Positions 1 to 12,321 of a stretch of 64,000 nucleotides of DNA are shown here, one piece after another (within the stretch, counting starts at the first letter, position 1; the number at the start of each line of letters is the position of its first letter). The notes below the pieces were generated by a model, which was given only the letters and a program-made list of their open reading frames with translations, had not been told where the DNA came from and did not search any database. Source of the stretch: Octopus vulgaris (taxonomy: Eukaryota). Location: positions 61,628,001 through 61,692,000 of the forward strand of contig OX597820.1 of assembly GCA_951406725.2 (NCBI GenBank), in the 5' to 3' direction. Made by a program: the position numbers and the translations under genes.

Positions 1-315
1 TCTTTTTTTGCTGCGTTTGTATTAGTTTGCTAAATTTCTTTTTTAATATAAAGAACAGAATATTTCTTCCATCAATATAATTTCGTTCAAAGAATACAAT
101 TTTGTTGCGAAATTTGTTCTTAATACAGGAAGTAGAAGGAAGGCGGGGAAATAAAAGTTAGCTCTAAGTTCAAGGATATTTGATCTCAGAAACTTGAGTA
201 ACAAAACTCAATAATGTTGCTGTTGTTTAGTTGCCCTGATGTTCATTCCGTCATCTCTATACAGCCCACTATTTAAAATGTTATCAAGAATCATGCACTC
301 TGAATTTATATTATA

Positions 316-751
316 CTAGTTCATGACCCGTTGTTTAACACCAGATCAAAATACATATTAGTTTTTAACTGTTTTTATTTCTATATACAACGTTATATAC
401 ACCAAGCCACAGGCTAGAAATTTTGACAATCAAACAATGTCTGTGTTTACAATATTTTTTAGTGAATTTAGCATTTTCATAATTGGGATGCCTGTAAGAT
501 CCTCTTGTATACATTCTTCGTTCATGACAAAGTGTGCAATAATAAAATTTATATTAAAATCGCTGTACGAAAATAATCATTCGAGTATTTTCTGAAATGA
601 TTGAATAGAGGAAACTGAAGTGGACAATGCTTTTGAGTAGTCTAGGTTACTTGTGTATGATGGTGGTGGGGAAGAGGTCGAAATAATAAAAACAATGATA
701 GATAGATAGGTAGATCGATAAACAGATAAATGACAATTCTTATTGTAAAGA
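316..751 (-). mobile_element. Putative non-autonomous Helitron (degenerate)
   Basis: Minus strand starts TCTTTACAATAAG..TATCTG/TATCTATC (751) and ends with an imperfect hairpin then CTAG|T (319-316), the TC...CTAG Helitron signature; hairpin degraded and 5' flank is not A. Confidence 0.45.
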
Positions 752-1532
752 AAGTAATTTATTACAATTTTACAGAGAAAAACGAATATTTATTCGTAAG
801 TTTTCTTAAGAGAAATTTAAAGAACGGAGATTCATCATTTTCTCTCCATTCTGTAACTAATTTATTTTCAAAAGAATAAAATATTCTATTTTTTAAAGTG
901 GTCGCTTAATGTTTTTAACGACCGTGTTAAAAATTATATATATATGTGCCTGTGCATTCATTTATGCATTTATGCGTACGTACGTACATGTATACATAGA
1001 TATCTGTTTACATACAGAGCGAGAGAACGAGAGAGAGCAAGAGGGAGGGAGAGAGAGAGAGAGGGAGATAGAGAGTTGCGAATCAAACCGTAAGTTATAT
1101 TACAGATAGACATATTTCACAAAAATCATAATAATGATTAATTTCTAGCATAGATATTCGGCCAGAAATACGGTGGGAAGGTACAGTTAGTACGTAAAAG
1201 ACCTCAAATAATTGAAGAGAGCAATGTCGGCTAATATAGGCACATGGCTTCATATATTTGTCGAATATATATGCACAAGTTCACAAGGCAGGAGGATCCA
1301 GTTTGTTAACATAGGTACAAGGTTTCAAATATTGGGTGAAGAGGAGGTTAATTGGCTAACATTGGTACAGGCCCAAAACATAGGAGGCGGGTAGAAGCTT
1401 ACTATTATTTTATAGTTCAGTCTATGATTTTTATCAGTGCCTCGGAGACAAGTTGAAGAAGAAGGAAGTGTAAGAAAAGTTATCCTGAGGTTGGAGGCAT
1501 GGCCCCCAAATGCTTGCAACGGAGGGGACTCT

Positions 1533-1646
1533 ACGTGGGTCGGCTGAAAATTTCATAGGTCGACCAAGATACTCCCATGGAATGTGGCCAACTGAGTTTT
1601 ATTTTTCAACATAGTTCTCTTTGTAGTCCATACACTTCTTCCATCG

Positions 1647-1649
<3 letters not shown>
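1533..1649 (-). mobile_element. Mariner 3'-end fragment, same family as 13610-14828
   Basis: Reverse complement aligns by eye to 14715-14828 (GATGGAAGAAGTGTATG...TTTTCAGCCGACCC), including the TIR and TA. Confidence 0.85.
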
Positions 1650-1705
<56 letters not shown>

Positions 1706-1710
<5 letters not shown>

Positions 1711-2220
1711 GCAGTATTGCCCGGCTCAACGGGGATTTCAGGGGAGAGTTTCAGTGAGTCGCTGGCGATGCATCGTGATGATCAAAAATCCGGCCTGCTA
1801 AAATTTGGTTAAAGTGATTCAAACTGCAGACTCAACGCAAAAACGTCACATTTAATTCAAAGCGTTAAAATGTTATGAAAACAATTGGTATATGTTCACA
1901 AAGTCCAAACGATTAATACTAAAAAACCCTCCAGGCTACATCCCGAAAATTAATTTCTTTGCCGAATTTCTACAATGTTTACGGCGATTTGTTTTATATC
2001 TTGATTTTTTATTTTTCATGCAATTTACGCATGCTTGCACGCGTGGTGAACACAGTTCACGTCAAACAGCGGACTGAATAAAGTTCACTATTCAATGCAT
2101 AGGATAAGGCCTAAACAAACACATTATCGATTTTTGCACTTGCGAGATGAATTTCGGAACAGAAATAGCGCAGTTCAATTTTCATTCGCCTAAACTTTAA
2201 GTGACCCATTTTGGTGGTTC
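1706..2220 (-). mobile_element. Possible Helitron-like non-autonomous element (3' end near 1706)
   Basis: TAGCAGTATTGCCCGGCTCAACGGGG directly after (TA)n: GC hairpin about 10 nt from a CTAG-like terminus; interior unidentified. Confidence 0.3.
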
Positions 2221-2259
2221 TACGATTTGTTGGCTAGGATGAGATGTACCGGGAAGTTA

Positions 2260-2305
2260 AACACACAGACACACACACAGATACACACACAGACACACAA
2301 GTTGA

Positions 2306-2353
<48 letters not shown>

Positions 2354-2518
2354 TACGACGGGCTTCTTTAAGTTTCCGTCTACCAAATCCACTCACAAGG
2401 CTTTGGTCGGCTTGAGGCTTTAGTAGAAGATACTTGCTCAAGATGCCAAGCAGTGGGACTGAACCCGGACCATGTGGTTGGTAAGCAAGCTACTTACCAC
2501 ACAGCCACTCCTGTGCCT
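2260..2518 (-). mobile_element. SINE family A (tRNA-derived, CORE-like), 5' half
   Basis: Matches full copies at 40848 and 54401; internal (TA)n/(CA)n. Confidence 0.85.
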
Positions 2519-2536
2519 ATAAAGAAAAAGGTTTTA

Positions 2537-2610
2537 CCGTACGCGTGGGACACGAACCCACGCCTGTTTGTCTACGCGACCGAGTGTGCTACTGATTACA
2601 CTAACGAACT
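2537..2610 (-). pseudogene. tRNA-like pseudogene or isolated SINE head
   Basis: About 73 nt: A-box-like TAGTGTAATCAG, D stem GTGT/GCAC, T arm GTGGG-TTCGTGT-CCCAC, 5/6-bp acceptor stem, TTTTT downstream; anticodon stem does not pair. Confidence 0.6.
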
Positions 2611-2934
2611 ATATATATGTATGTATGTATATATTATTAATAATCATACTAACGCACGAAACTCCTGGTTCTTGAATCACTCTGTACCTTCTTCTGCCGA
2701 CAGCACTTCGGACTACATGATCCATATGTATCCTTTTCATCATATTATATTTATCTAATTAAATATCATTATAAAAGCAACTCTTAAAATGTTTTGTGTA
2801 TTTTAGAAGTATAACCACTTTATTGCACGTAATTTTTAACAACAAAATAAAATCTTATGAAGATCCCAAACGATAATATGGACCTCGGTTAATAAGCAAT
2901 GGTACAGAGACTCGATTCGCTAACGATTGTAGTT

Positions 2935-3050
2935 TGGCCGTTTAGCCCTAGGTAGGCCCTGAATAAAATGCAAGCCCTTGATCAAATGCTTTCCAGCCAT
3001 TACCAAATCATTTTATCCAAACTCAATTGCAACGTGGAAAGTGTTTATAA
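2935..3050 (+). repeat. Ancient interspersed repeat family D fragment
   Basis: GTTTAGCCC.AGGT.GGCCCTGA..TGATCAAA.GC.TTCCAGCCAT motif recurring near 28880, 36755, 53745, 54265 and 57370. Confidence 0.55.
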
Positions 3051-3097
3051 ACATAAAAACATAAAAAATCTTTATATTCACTTCAACATTTAAATTT

Positions 3098-3372
3098 GTT
3101 GTTATTTGTTCCTTTTCGAGCCACGCCTGGCCCATAAGGGCCGGTTTCCCAGTTTCTTTGGCGTATAGGTTCCCCACCTGGACGGGACGCCGGTCCGTCG
3201 CAGGTGAGCTGCAAGATGCAGGAGGAAAGAGTGAGAGAAAGTTGTGGCGAAGGAGTCAGCAGAAGTTCGCCATTACCTTCTGCCGGTGCCACGTGGAGCT
3301 TAGGTGCGATCCGAACCCGCGATCCCTCGACCGCGAGTCCGCTGCTCTAACCACTAGGCCATGTGCCTCCAC
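3098..3372 (-). mobile_element. SINE family C (tRNA head, V-SINE-like core) with 12-bp TSD
   Basis: Head GGAGGCACATGGCCTAGTGGTTAGAGCAGCGG..GGTTCGGATC; core CCTGCGACGGACCGGCGTCCCGTCCAGG; TSD ACATTTAAATTT at 3086-3097 and 3373-3384. Confidence 0.85.
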
Positions 3373-3387
3373 ACATTTAAATTTAAA

Positions 3388-3469
3388 GTACTTATTCTAT
3401 CGGTCTCTTTGCCGAAACACTAGCATCGGCTGTCAAGTGATGTTGGGGTGGGGGGCAAACACAGACACA

Positions 3470-3563
<94 letters not shown>

Positions 3564-3728
3564 CAACGGGCTTCTTTCAGCTTCCGTCTACCAAATCCAC
3601 TCACAAGGCTTTGGTCAGCCCGAGGCTATAGTAGAAGACACTTGCCCAAGGTGTCACGCAGTGGGGCTGAACCCGGAACCATGTGGTTGGTAAGCAAGGT
3701 ACTTACCCCACAGTCACTCATACACCTA
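3388..3728 (-). mobile_element. SINE family A
   Basis: Head, CCTTGGGCAAGTG core, internal (TA)n(TG)n, partial 3' half. Confidence 0.85.
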
Positions 3729-3899
3729 TAATTTGTCAAAATATTTTCATCGCTTTGAAACCGCGACCTGTTCACTGACTAAATTCCGTGCATCTCTCTC
3801 TTTTAGGATGGTAGGATATTATCCGAGAGAAATTTAGCTGCTTTTTCTAGGAAGTCGAGTGTCCACCGATGTTGTTAGTAATTGAAGCTGTTGATGTTA

Positions 3900-4158
3900 G
3901 GAACTTACTCATTTCCGATATCGTGATTCCTATCCTAGCAGCTGCAGATTTTGTTCAGGAACGTAATTAGCTCTTTACACTGGTTGATAAAGTTCTTAAC
4001 GTAACAACCACACAAGATTTATTTCTCAACAAACCTGCTATAGTCCAATGATTCGCCTCATTATAAAACCTAATCCACCCATCCAGCCTCAATACATTGC
4101 CATTAAATCTAATAGTAATTATTTTTGCAAATAATTTATCATAACAATGTGGAAACAT
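3900..4158 (-). pseudogene. Possible highly degenerate LINE RT fragment
   Basis: YDKLFAKIITIRF..AGLLRNKSC..TLR loosely resembles the RT YK.LAKII..RL..QAGFR..RSC..TLR region. Confidence 0.3.
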
Positions 4159-4172
4159 TGTCTTGATATTTA

Positions 4173-4626
<454 letters not shown>

Positions 4627-5079
4627 AATATATTTTTCGTCAACAAATATTACACAAGATCTTGAACAACTTGAAGTTAAGTTACCTTTGTTGTAGCAGT
4701 TCAGCTCTATAGCTGTCTCACCAGAATATAACTGCTTCAATTCCATAATCATGGAAGATGTTTGTGCAAAGATTCATGACATCGAAAGATAGAATGAGGG
4801 ATTTCTTTCATCTACGGTTTCCAGAAGGTAATTTAATAAATCTATGCCGTGTCTTGTAAAACTTCTTGTGAGTTTTAAGAAAAGTTTGAGTAGAGCACGT
4901 AAGAGGTTACTCAGACCGTTAATTTCATACAATGGATCAAATATTGGTTATTACAATTGGTATTAATTCCAGATCATTTGGTATGGGAACGCTAATACAT
5001 ATGTCTATAGTTTGTTTATATGCTTCACAAAATTTTTTGTTTTTGTAAATTTTTGGGATGCTATAGAAAAACTTTAGTT

Positions 5080-6088
5080 TTGAGTGGTTTAGAGCCAAAA
5101 AACCTCATCTGCATTGCTGAACCTCCGTCCGTGCAGGAATTGAATCATGCTTTGGAAAAGGTGGTAATCTGATAGTTCAAGATCTTGATTATAGGTAGAG
5201 AGAGGCAATACCCGGCAGTGTGTGCTAGGGTATTGTCATGCCGTAGGAGTTATTGATTGATAAATACTGAGTTTCAGGCTTTCAAAACATTATATACTCG
5301 CTGCAGTTGTTGAGTACAAAGGTTAGTGTTCACAGCATGACCATCTAGGACAGGCTCAAAAATGCAACAACCCTTCCAAATTCCACCAAACACACAAAAT
5401 GCCCTTCAGTTCAAACTGTCCTTATTTGATAACAGGTTCTGAAGCCTGCTCGGAACGATGTAAGTGTTTTCTCTTAGGATTACGAAAATAGACCCATTTT
5501 CATCTCCAGTTATAATTCAACTCCCAAAACGAATATATCGAAGATTTGCCAGCAGTTGGTTCCAAATGTTCATTGGTCAGTTCATGAAGAGCTTCTCGAT
5601 GGCGTTTGTTCACAAGGCCGAGCTTATGGAAGTGTTGATTGATGGTGCTTTGTGAATGACTAAATTCTGCCCAGAATGTGCTTGTTCGCTGTTCAATCAT
5701 TTTAGCATAGCCGTATCTTCCACAATAGAAGGGCTCTCTTACCTTCGTTTGTCCTTGAGGCTGACATCATTTGCTTGAAACATCTGAACCGATTTTGTGC
5801 CACACATTCGTTGACAGTTCCTGGGTCTCCAACATCATTAATTTCTGTTTGCCGCTGTTCTAGCACTCTGTTCTTTTTTTTGAGTGGTAGCGTAAAATGG
5901 CTCTAATAACAACTTTTTCACCTCTCATGATCAAAGCTGTAAAATGAATAATAAACATTTAACGTTTATATGTCATATAATGAAAATAAAGAATAAACAA
6001 TGCAGAATCAAATTAACGACATAACATGGAGATACAAATTGCCTAAATCGTTAGTGAAAATCCGAAAAAAACTTTTGACCTGCTGATA
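5080..6088 (-). mobile_element. Degenerate mariner transposon (DD34D transposase pseudogene)
   Basis: Minus-strand motifs STINQHFHKLG..HELT, IITGDEKWVYFRNPKRK (~5520-5465), ILCVWWNLEG (~5400), YNQDLELSDYHLFQSM (~5195-5148, YSPDLAPSDYHLF equivalent); TIR-like TATCAGCAGGTCAAAAGTTTTTTTCGG at 6088; other end not found. Confidence 0.85.
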
Positions 6089-6259
6089 CAACAAGACTTT
6101 TGTTGTTTTCTGTACCCTACAAGATTGTCGACTTCTTTAATCTTTATTTCGTTATCTTTTTTTTTTATTTGGTTATCTCTCTCTCTCTCTCTCTCCCTCC
6201 CTTTTAGTTGTGCTGAAGCTTAAGTCGTTTGTTTGTGCGTGTTTTTACACGGGGTTAAT

Positions 6260-6470
6260 TTAGAATGTAGTCGCAGCGATAATCAAGTTTGTTCCAACCT
6301 TTTGTTGGAGTATAGTTGCTTTTGTGTCTTATTACCGATTCATCATCGTTATTCTTATCGTATAGCTCTTCTGTGAGTCGTAATTTTCTGCAGAATTCTG
6401 AAATGTTGTCTTTAATTTCATTGTAATTAAGTCTTCAAAGCGTTGGTGTAAACTTAAGTCCTTTTGATAT
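6260..6470 (-). pseudogene. Penelope-like element ORF N-terminal fragment
   Basis: Manual translation ISKGLKFTPTL*RLNYNEIKDNISEFCRKLRLTEELY..SVIRHKSNYTPTKG matches the SKGLKFxPTP..FxRKLRL..KSxxTP N-terminus of Penelope-like ORFs; absent from the ORF track because of a stop. Confidence 0.75.
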
Positions 6471-7059
6471 CGAATTCAGTAGAGGCCTGATACATATTCA
6501 TAATATCCAAACTAAACAGGATTACATATACGCTGATGGGTGCAGTCGATCAAATAAGCGCCTATGCAAGCCTGTTTTCATTGCATATAACATATACACA
6601 CACACACACACACACACAGAGAAACATACACATGCATGCACTGCACACACATGCATGCGCGCACACTTACAAATAAAATCCAGATGCAAGAAATCCTTAT
6701 CAGGTAACTAAAATGATATAAAAAGATAAGAAATATAAGCTACGTCAAACCAAGACGAAGACATTAGCTACATCACAGCCAACTATAAGAGAATGACCTC
6801 GAGATAATATCTTTCCATGAGGCATAATATGGCCGCCAGAGCAATCTGTAACAAAACATAAAGAAAAGAAAAGAAACAAAACAATCACAAACAATATGAA
6901 TACATCGAAACCAATTGATTAAAAGAATATTGGTGATCACCAAATATATAAACAGCCATACGAATACACCACCGACCTGATATTGTAGTTTTGGATCACA
7001 AGTAAATACATTGTTATTATTTAGTTTGATTCACGTTCGGTCTTATTCCTGGTAGGATT

Positions 7060-7490
7060 TATGCGGGTAGCGGATTATTACCTGTAACCTTAGGTTTCCA
7101 AAGAATTTTCAGTAGTTTTTTCAAGTGCTTAGAACCCTGTTGATAGTCCCCGCTGTCCTTAAGAGACAAACTTTCTATAGGAATTCTACAGGGCATTCTA
7201 CTCCAATCTCTTTTAGCCGTTTGTCTATATCTTTGCTTACTGTTCCCAACGCACCGATTATTATAGGCACGACATTTACAGTTCTTATATTCCAAATTCT
7301 TCTTATTTCAAATTTTAAGGGATTGTATTTGTTTTGTTTTTCGTCCGCTTTCTTTACGATCCTGGAATCAAACGGGCATGATGGGTCTATTAATAAGCAA
7401 CTTCGCTTTCCCTTTTCTATAATTGTTGTGTTCGGTCTTTTATTTTCCAACTTTGTCCGTTTGAATTAGAAATTCTTACAAAATCTTACA
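7060..7490 (-). mobile_element. R4/Dong-clade non-LTR retrotransposon 3' fragment (RLE endonuclease)
   Basis: ENKRPNTTIIEK..CLLIDPSCPFD..EKQNKYNPL..VVPIIIGALG: RPD / K..KY / PIIIGALG motifs of the restriction-like endonuclease. Confidence 0.85.
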
Positions 7491-7951
7491 TCATCATGAA
7501 GTGGGTTCCACAAGACTAGCTGTCCATATAACATCAATATGGTAAATAACTAATAGAGCAGAAAGAAGTCATTTATGGATCACCGATGAGAAATCTGCAG
7601 TTTTATATAAATTTCGTCTGGGTATGTACTAACTCAGAATCCTGGAGAAAAAAAATGTTACTTAATAATTGATACGTTACAAATGATATCTGAGACCATA
7701 AAAATGTAATCACTTAAGTATTTCGTCCCTATAGAGCATAGGTCATTAACGACTTTTCTCTTACGTTTCTAAATCCGGACAAAGCGACTCCCTTAGTATG
7801 AGTGGCATCCTCCATATGTTTCCTTGAGGGAAACGGCTTCCTCTTTCTGGTTTTGTCACCGATGCTTCTATAACTTTGCTTTGATTTTTTCTCGGTTGGC
7901 TTTGCAGAAACCAAGGATTGATGAGAAGGCGAAACCAAGGATTGATGACAA

Positions 7952-8164
7952 GGCGGCGAGCTGACAGAAACGTTAGCACGCCGGGCGAAATGCTTTGCGG
8001 TATTTCGTCTGCCGTTACGTTCTGAGTTCAAATTCCGCCGAGATCGACTTTGCCTTTCATCCTTTCTGGGTCGATAAATTAAGTACCAGTTACGCACTTA
8101 ATACCTTTGTCTGTCCTTGTTTGTCCCCTCTGTGTTTAGCCCCTTGTGGGCAATAAAGAAACAA
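7952..8164 (+). mobile_element. SINE family B monomer (tail type 1) with ~21-bp TSD
   Basis: GGCGGCGAGCTGACAGAAACG head, GAGTTCAAATT B box, TCGACTTTGCCTTTCATCCTT core, tail TTGTCCCCTCTGTGTTTAGCCCCTTGTGGGCAATAAAGAAA; flanked by GAAACCAAGGATTGATGA.AAG. Confidence 0.9.
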
Positions 8165-8280
8165 GAAACCAAGGATTGATGAGAAGTACTAGACATTCTT
8201 TAAACATAGCTCTTTGCAATATTACAGCTGAGCGAGTAGTCTGCTAAAACAAAATTCTAAAATTCTTAGGAAAACTTGAC

Positions 8281-8319
<39 letters not shown>

Positions 8320-8694
8320 CATACATACATACATACATACATACATACATACATACATACATACATACATACATACATACATGCTTTTCTACATATGATT
8401 TCGACATACCTAAATGTCGAAATCGCTGACATAGGTTTGGTAGCTGACGAGGGAAGTTACTGGATAATGTTAAATATATTTTCGTTTGCGCTAATGTCAC
8501 TGCTCATTGTCAACATCCTGTTTGATTTGTTTCGCTTATCAAGAATAATACTGGTTCTTATTTTGCTTTATTATACCTTGATAGAGTGTGTATCAGTAAA
8601 AAAAATGGTAAGTTTTTATATTAGAGAGATACTATTTTGAAAACTGTTTAAGTGTTTTAAATACGGAAATTCAGTTACACACACATAGATATAC

Positions 8695-8845
8695 ACGTAT
8701 GACGGGCTTCTTCCAGTGTCCTCCAACCAAATCCAATCACAACGCTTTGGTCGGGCCAAGGCTACAGCAGAAGACACTTGCCCAAGGTTCCTGGAGCTCG
8801 GGATTTGGAAGCAAGTTTCTTACCACAAAACCACATCTGCGTCTA
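8695..8845 (-). mobile_element. SINE family A 5' fragment (degenerate)
   Basis: GACGGGCTTCTT..AGAAGACACTTGCCCAAGG..CTTACCAC. Confidence 0.7.
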
Positions 8846-8847
8846 TA

Positions 8848-9746
8848 CGCGGTCTGATCAATAAGTTTCCGGATTGTTGCCATAGTAACGAAGTTAAAGC
8901 ATGGAGAGTGAAGCCGTTTGGCACAGCTTGACCTTCAGTCCTGCCGTGCATGTGCACTAAGTTTTAACGTTCTAGCTCTCTTCCACTGTTTACAGCAGTG
9001 CTTGGAAAGAAGGCGTGTAATGTGTGATTGTTGCATTGACAATGACAGAGAAAGTAGAGCAGAGAATGAATCTGCATCAAATTTTGCCAAAAGCTTGGTG
9101 ATACCTGCTCAGAGGCTTACTCAAAGTTTTCAAAAAGTTTCCATCGTTTTCGACACAATCAAAGAGATCTTGTGCAACTGAAACCCGAGTGTCTTTTTGG
9201 TCAGCTGAAAGTAGTTTTGGCACAGACAACTTAGCAGACACGAGTCTCATACCCAAATCTTCAGAGATAATGGACTGAACTGAACCCTAACTAATCTGCA
9301 CATCTGATAATTCACGGATGGCGATTCGACGATTTCTCCTCACAGCTGCACGCACATCTACGATGTTTTTCGCAGTTCTGGTGGTTTCAGGTTTCCCAGA
9401 ATGTTCGTCAATATAAACTTTTTTTCGGCCATCTTACAAACGTCTGAACCACTCGTATACTTGCGTGCGGTTCATACACTCCTCTCCATACACTTTCTGT
9501 AACTCTGCGCAGGCCTCTGAGCAGGTATTGCCATGACAACTTTCTGTGTCATGGTTAATGCGACGAGCACACGCTACGCATCTTCCTTCCAAGCACTGCT
9601 GTAAACAGCAGAAGTGAGCTAGAACGTTAAAACTTAGCGCGCATGCACAGCAGAGTTGAAGGTCAATCTGTGCCTAGCAGCTTTAATCTGCGTGCTTTAG
9701 CTTCGTTACTATAGCAACAGTCCAGATACCTATTAATCAGACCTCG
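8848..9746. mobile_element. Non-autonomous mariner made of two inverted 5' ends (long TIRs), TA TSD
   Basis: TA|CGCGGTCTGATCAATAAGTTTCCGGA..TCCAGATACCTATTAATCAGACCTCG|TA; ~270-bp inverted arms; + arm encodes MTEKVEQR/CIKFCQKLG, - arm extends to EDLGMRLVSAKLSVPKLLSADQK..FLKT (WVPR-like region); no catalytic domain. Confidence 0.9.
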
Positions 9747-11099
9747 TATATGCAAAATATAGCTGAGGTTTAACTTGTAATATGAAAACGCTACTAACAG
9801 CGTGTGGTCATACAAATATACATATATGTTTATATACGCAGTAATAATTTTATGTAAATATTGTTATGCTATAATAATAGAAATGATTGAATGTCTACGA
9901 GATGCTGCAATTAAATAAATTAGTAACGACTTGTTACTGTTGCTATAAATACCCTTTCAAACTAACCTACAGTCACCAGCAGATATCAATGGAACTTGAA
10001 ATAAAATTTGGGTGATTTATGCTTCGGATTAATTTATCAAATTTGCACTCATCCGTATGAAACATTGACTACAACCTGAAAAGTTGACAACTTCTGAGGC
10101 TTCACGCAGCCTTTAAGCACCAGCTGTTCGTGCTTACTGGGTTGGTTGTTTGCTAGGTCAGCTGTGTCGGTTGTTTGCATTTGCTGGGTCGGCTGCTTGC
10201 GTTTGCTGGCTACAAAGCAAAATACAAAGGAACTAATCACTTTTGATGAGACTTTTAGCGAACTCTGTTTCCGCAGACAATTTGTAAATTGTTTCTGAGT
10301 GTACTTCCTACGAAGATGCTTTAATAGCTTAAAAATAAAGCACTTCAATTCAGTCAACAAAAGGAGGTCTAGCAAAACAAGCTTGCTACTTGCAAACAGT
10401 TCATCATGGAGTCCTTCAAAATCATATTCGATTTTTACTTCAAAAATACCACAAGTGACAGAGAGAATACACTGGCATTTCCTTTGTAACCGGAGCCAGA
10501 CAATTAGAAAGAGAACTCAACTTTTGACGTCAGTAGTAAATCGAATGCATTGGAAATAGCCTTGGGCAGTTCTCAGACCTGTGACTGTTCTTAATGTCGA
10601 AAATCATACAGTAGCCTTCGCTGAAGTGGCGAGAGAAGAATTTTGAGTTTTGAAACAAATCAAATCTCTAAAACAGCTTCATTTTGTGCAGCTGTGCCAC
10701 GTTAGGAAGAGAATGTTGTTTCTGTATGGATTTTCTGCGAAAAGTAAGATTAAAAATGAGAAAATATCACGCTACTTGTTTGAATTCATGTCGTTCTATA
10801 ATGAAGTTTGGCATCCTCCTGGATTCCATAATACTGCAGTAGATGAGCCATCACGTGATTTTCGTGTTGCTTATTTGCAAAATAACCTCTTAGAACTCGA
10901 CAAATTTCTCTTTTACCATGGCGTTACAAATTTGACACGTTGTTCAGCTACTAAACCCAGTACAACATAAAACAGCGAACAACATAAAACACCTTTCTGA
11001 CTACAATATTTGTCAAACGTTAGAGCCATAATACCAAATAGCCAACATGCTTCGACTGACATTCTGTTCTAGTACTTCCACAACTCAGCACTTCATTAA

Positions 11100-11395
11100 G
11101 AAACATTATCATCAATACTTAACGCTATTATCATTGCTCAACATTATCTCCTACTTCTCAACGCTATGACTATTGCTTAACACTTTCATCATTGCTCAAC
11201 ATTATCAGGATTTCTTAATTCTATGAATACTGCCTACACTATTATCACTGCACAACATTGTCATCATGACTCAAAATTACGACGCTCAGCATCATTATTG
11301 CTGCTCATCATTTCCATGATGGTTCAACACTAATTTCGTAACTCAATACTACCATCTCTGCTCAACACTATTATCACTATTCAGCTGTTCAACAC
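11100..11395. repeat. Degenerate ~19-20-bp minisatellite
   Basis: Recurring CTCAACA(T/C)TATCATCATTG units. Confidence 0.75.
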
Positions 11396-11420
11396 ATCTG
11401 TATGTATGTATGTATGTATG

Positions 11421-12007
11421 TAAATAACTCTCTCTCTGTCACGCCTCCTTCTTTCAAACGGGAAGAAAGAGCTATTTTTATAGTACTTGTGGCTATGGTA
11501 AAAGAATGTATCTGGTGGACGCGTCTGAAAGGATTAGAGACTAATGCTTTCCTCTCTGGTCAATCTCTCATCAACTTTTTCAAGCATCACTTGAAAAGGA
11601 AGGTGAGAGTAGAGAGGGAAGTTTTGTCTAACGAATGTTTCAGAAAAAGATGGCTAAATGTAGCCAGGATGGCACGTATGAATGACGAAGCCACCTTGAG
11701 CATGATCCTATGAACCGTAAACATTTAAAACAGAGAGTTACATATTTGTAAATAAATATGTTAATATGTGACATTATTGCCCGAGGTTACTGTGGTCTTT
11801 TCGTAGGTTTTTTTCTTTCCACAGATAAACTTCCCCATTTCTTGAGAACTTTTTGTACCATTTTGACTTTTTTTGCATATATCCCCAACGATTTCGATTC
11901 CTTTTGATCGTTGTCACTTATTTTTTTGGCCCCCCCCATCCTCGAAAAGAAAAACTCTACATTGTAATTGTCCCCTCTGTGTCTAGCCCTGTGTGACCAA
12001 TAAAGAA

Positions 12008-12008
<1 letters not shown>
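11421..12008 (+). mobile_element. 5'-truncated L1/Tx1-like LINE 3' end (ORF2 C-terminus plus 3' UTR)
   Basis: Open frame to 11713 with LVAMVKECIWWTR..KRKVRVERE..FRKRW (K..IW..R pattern of L1/Tx1 ORF2 C-termini); T-rich UTR ending CCAATAAAGAAA; between (TATG)n and (TATC)n. Clade call is from pattern recall. Confidence 0.65.
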
Positions 12009-12200
<192 letters not shown>

Positions 12201-12282
12201 ATACACACACATATATGCACACACATGCATAAAAATAGTGTGGTACGCGTGTACAAGCGTCTGCCTCCCTCTATCTTTCATC

Positions 12283-12321
<39 letters not shown>

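Noticed and set aside
4697-4828. Plus-strand exon (TTGTAG..AAG|GTAATT)
   Set aside because: Stops in all three frames; non-coding exon cannot be supported from sequence alone.
5080-6088. Domesticated SETMAR-like gene
   Set aside because: Multiple stops and frameshifts; no SET domain.
6960-7020. Separate RLE element (HHRPDIVVLDHK on plus strand)
   Set aside because: Single short motif with no further collinear similarity; too little to annotate.
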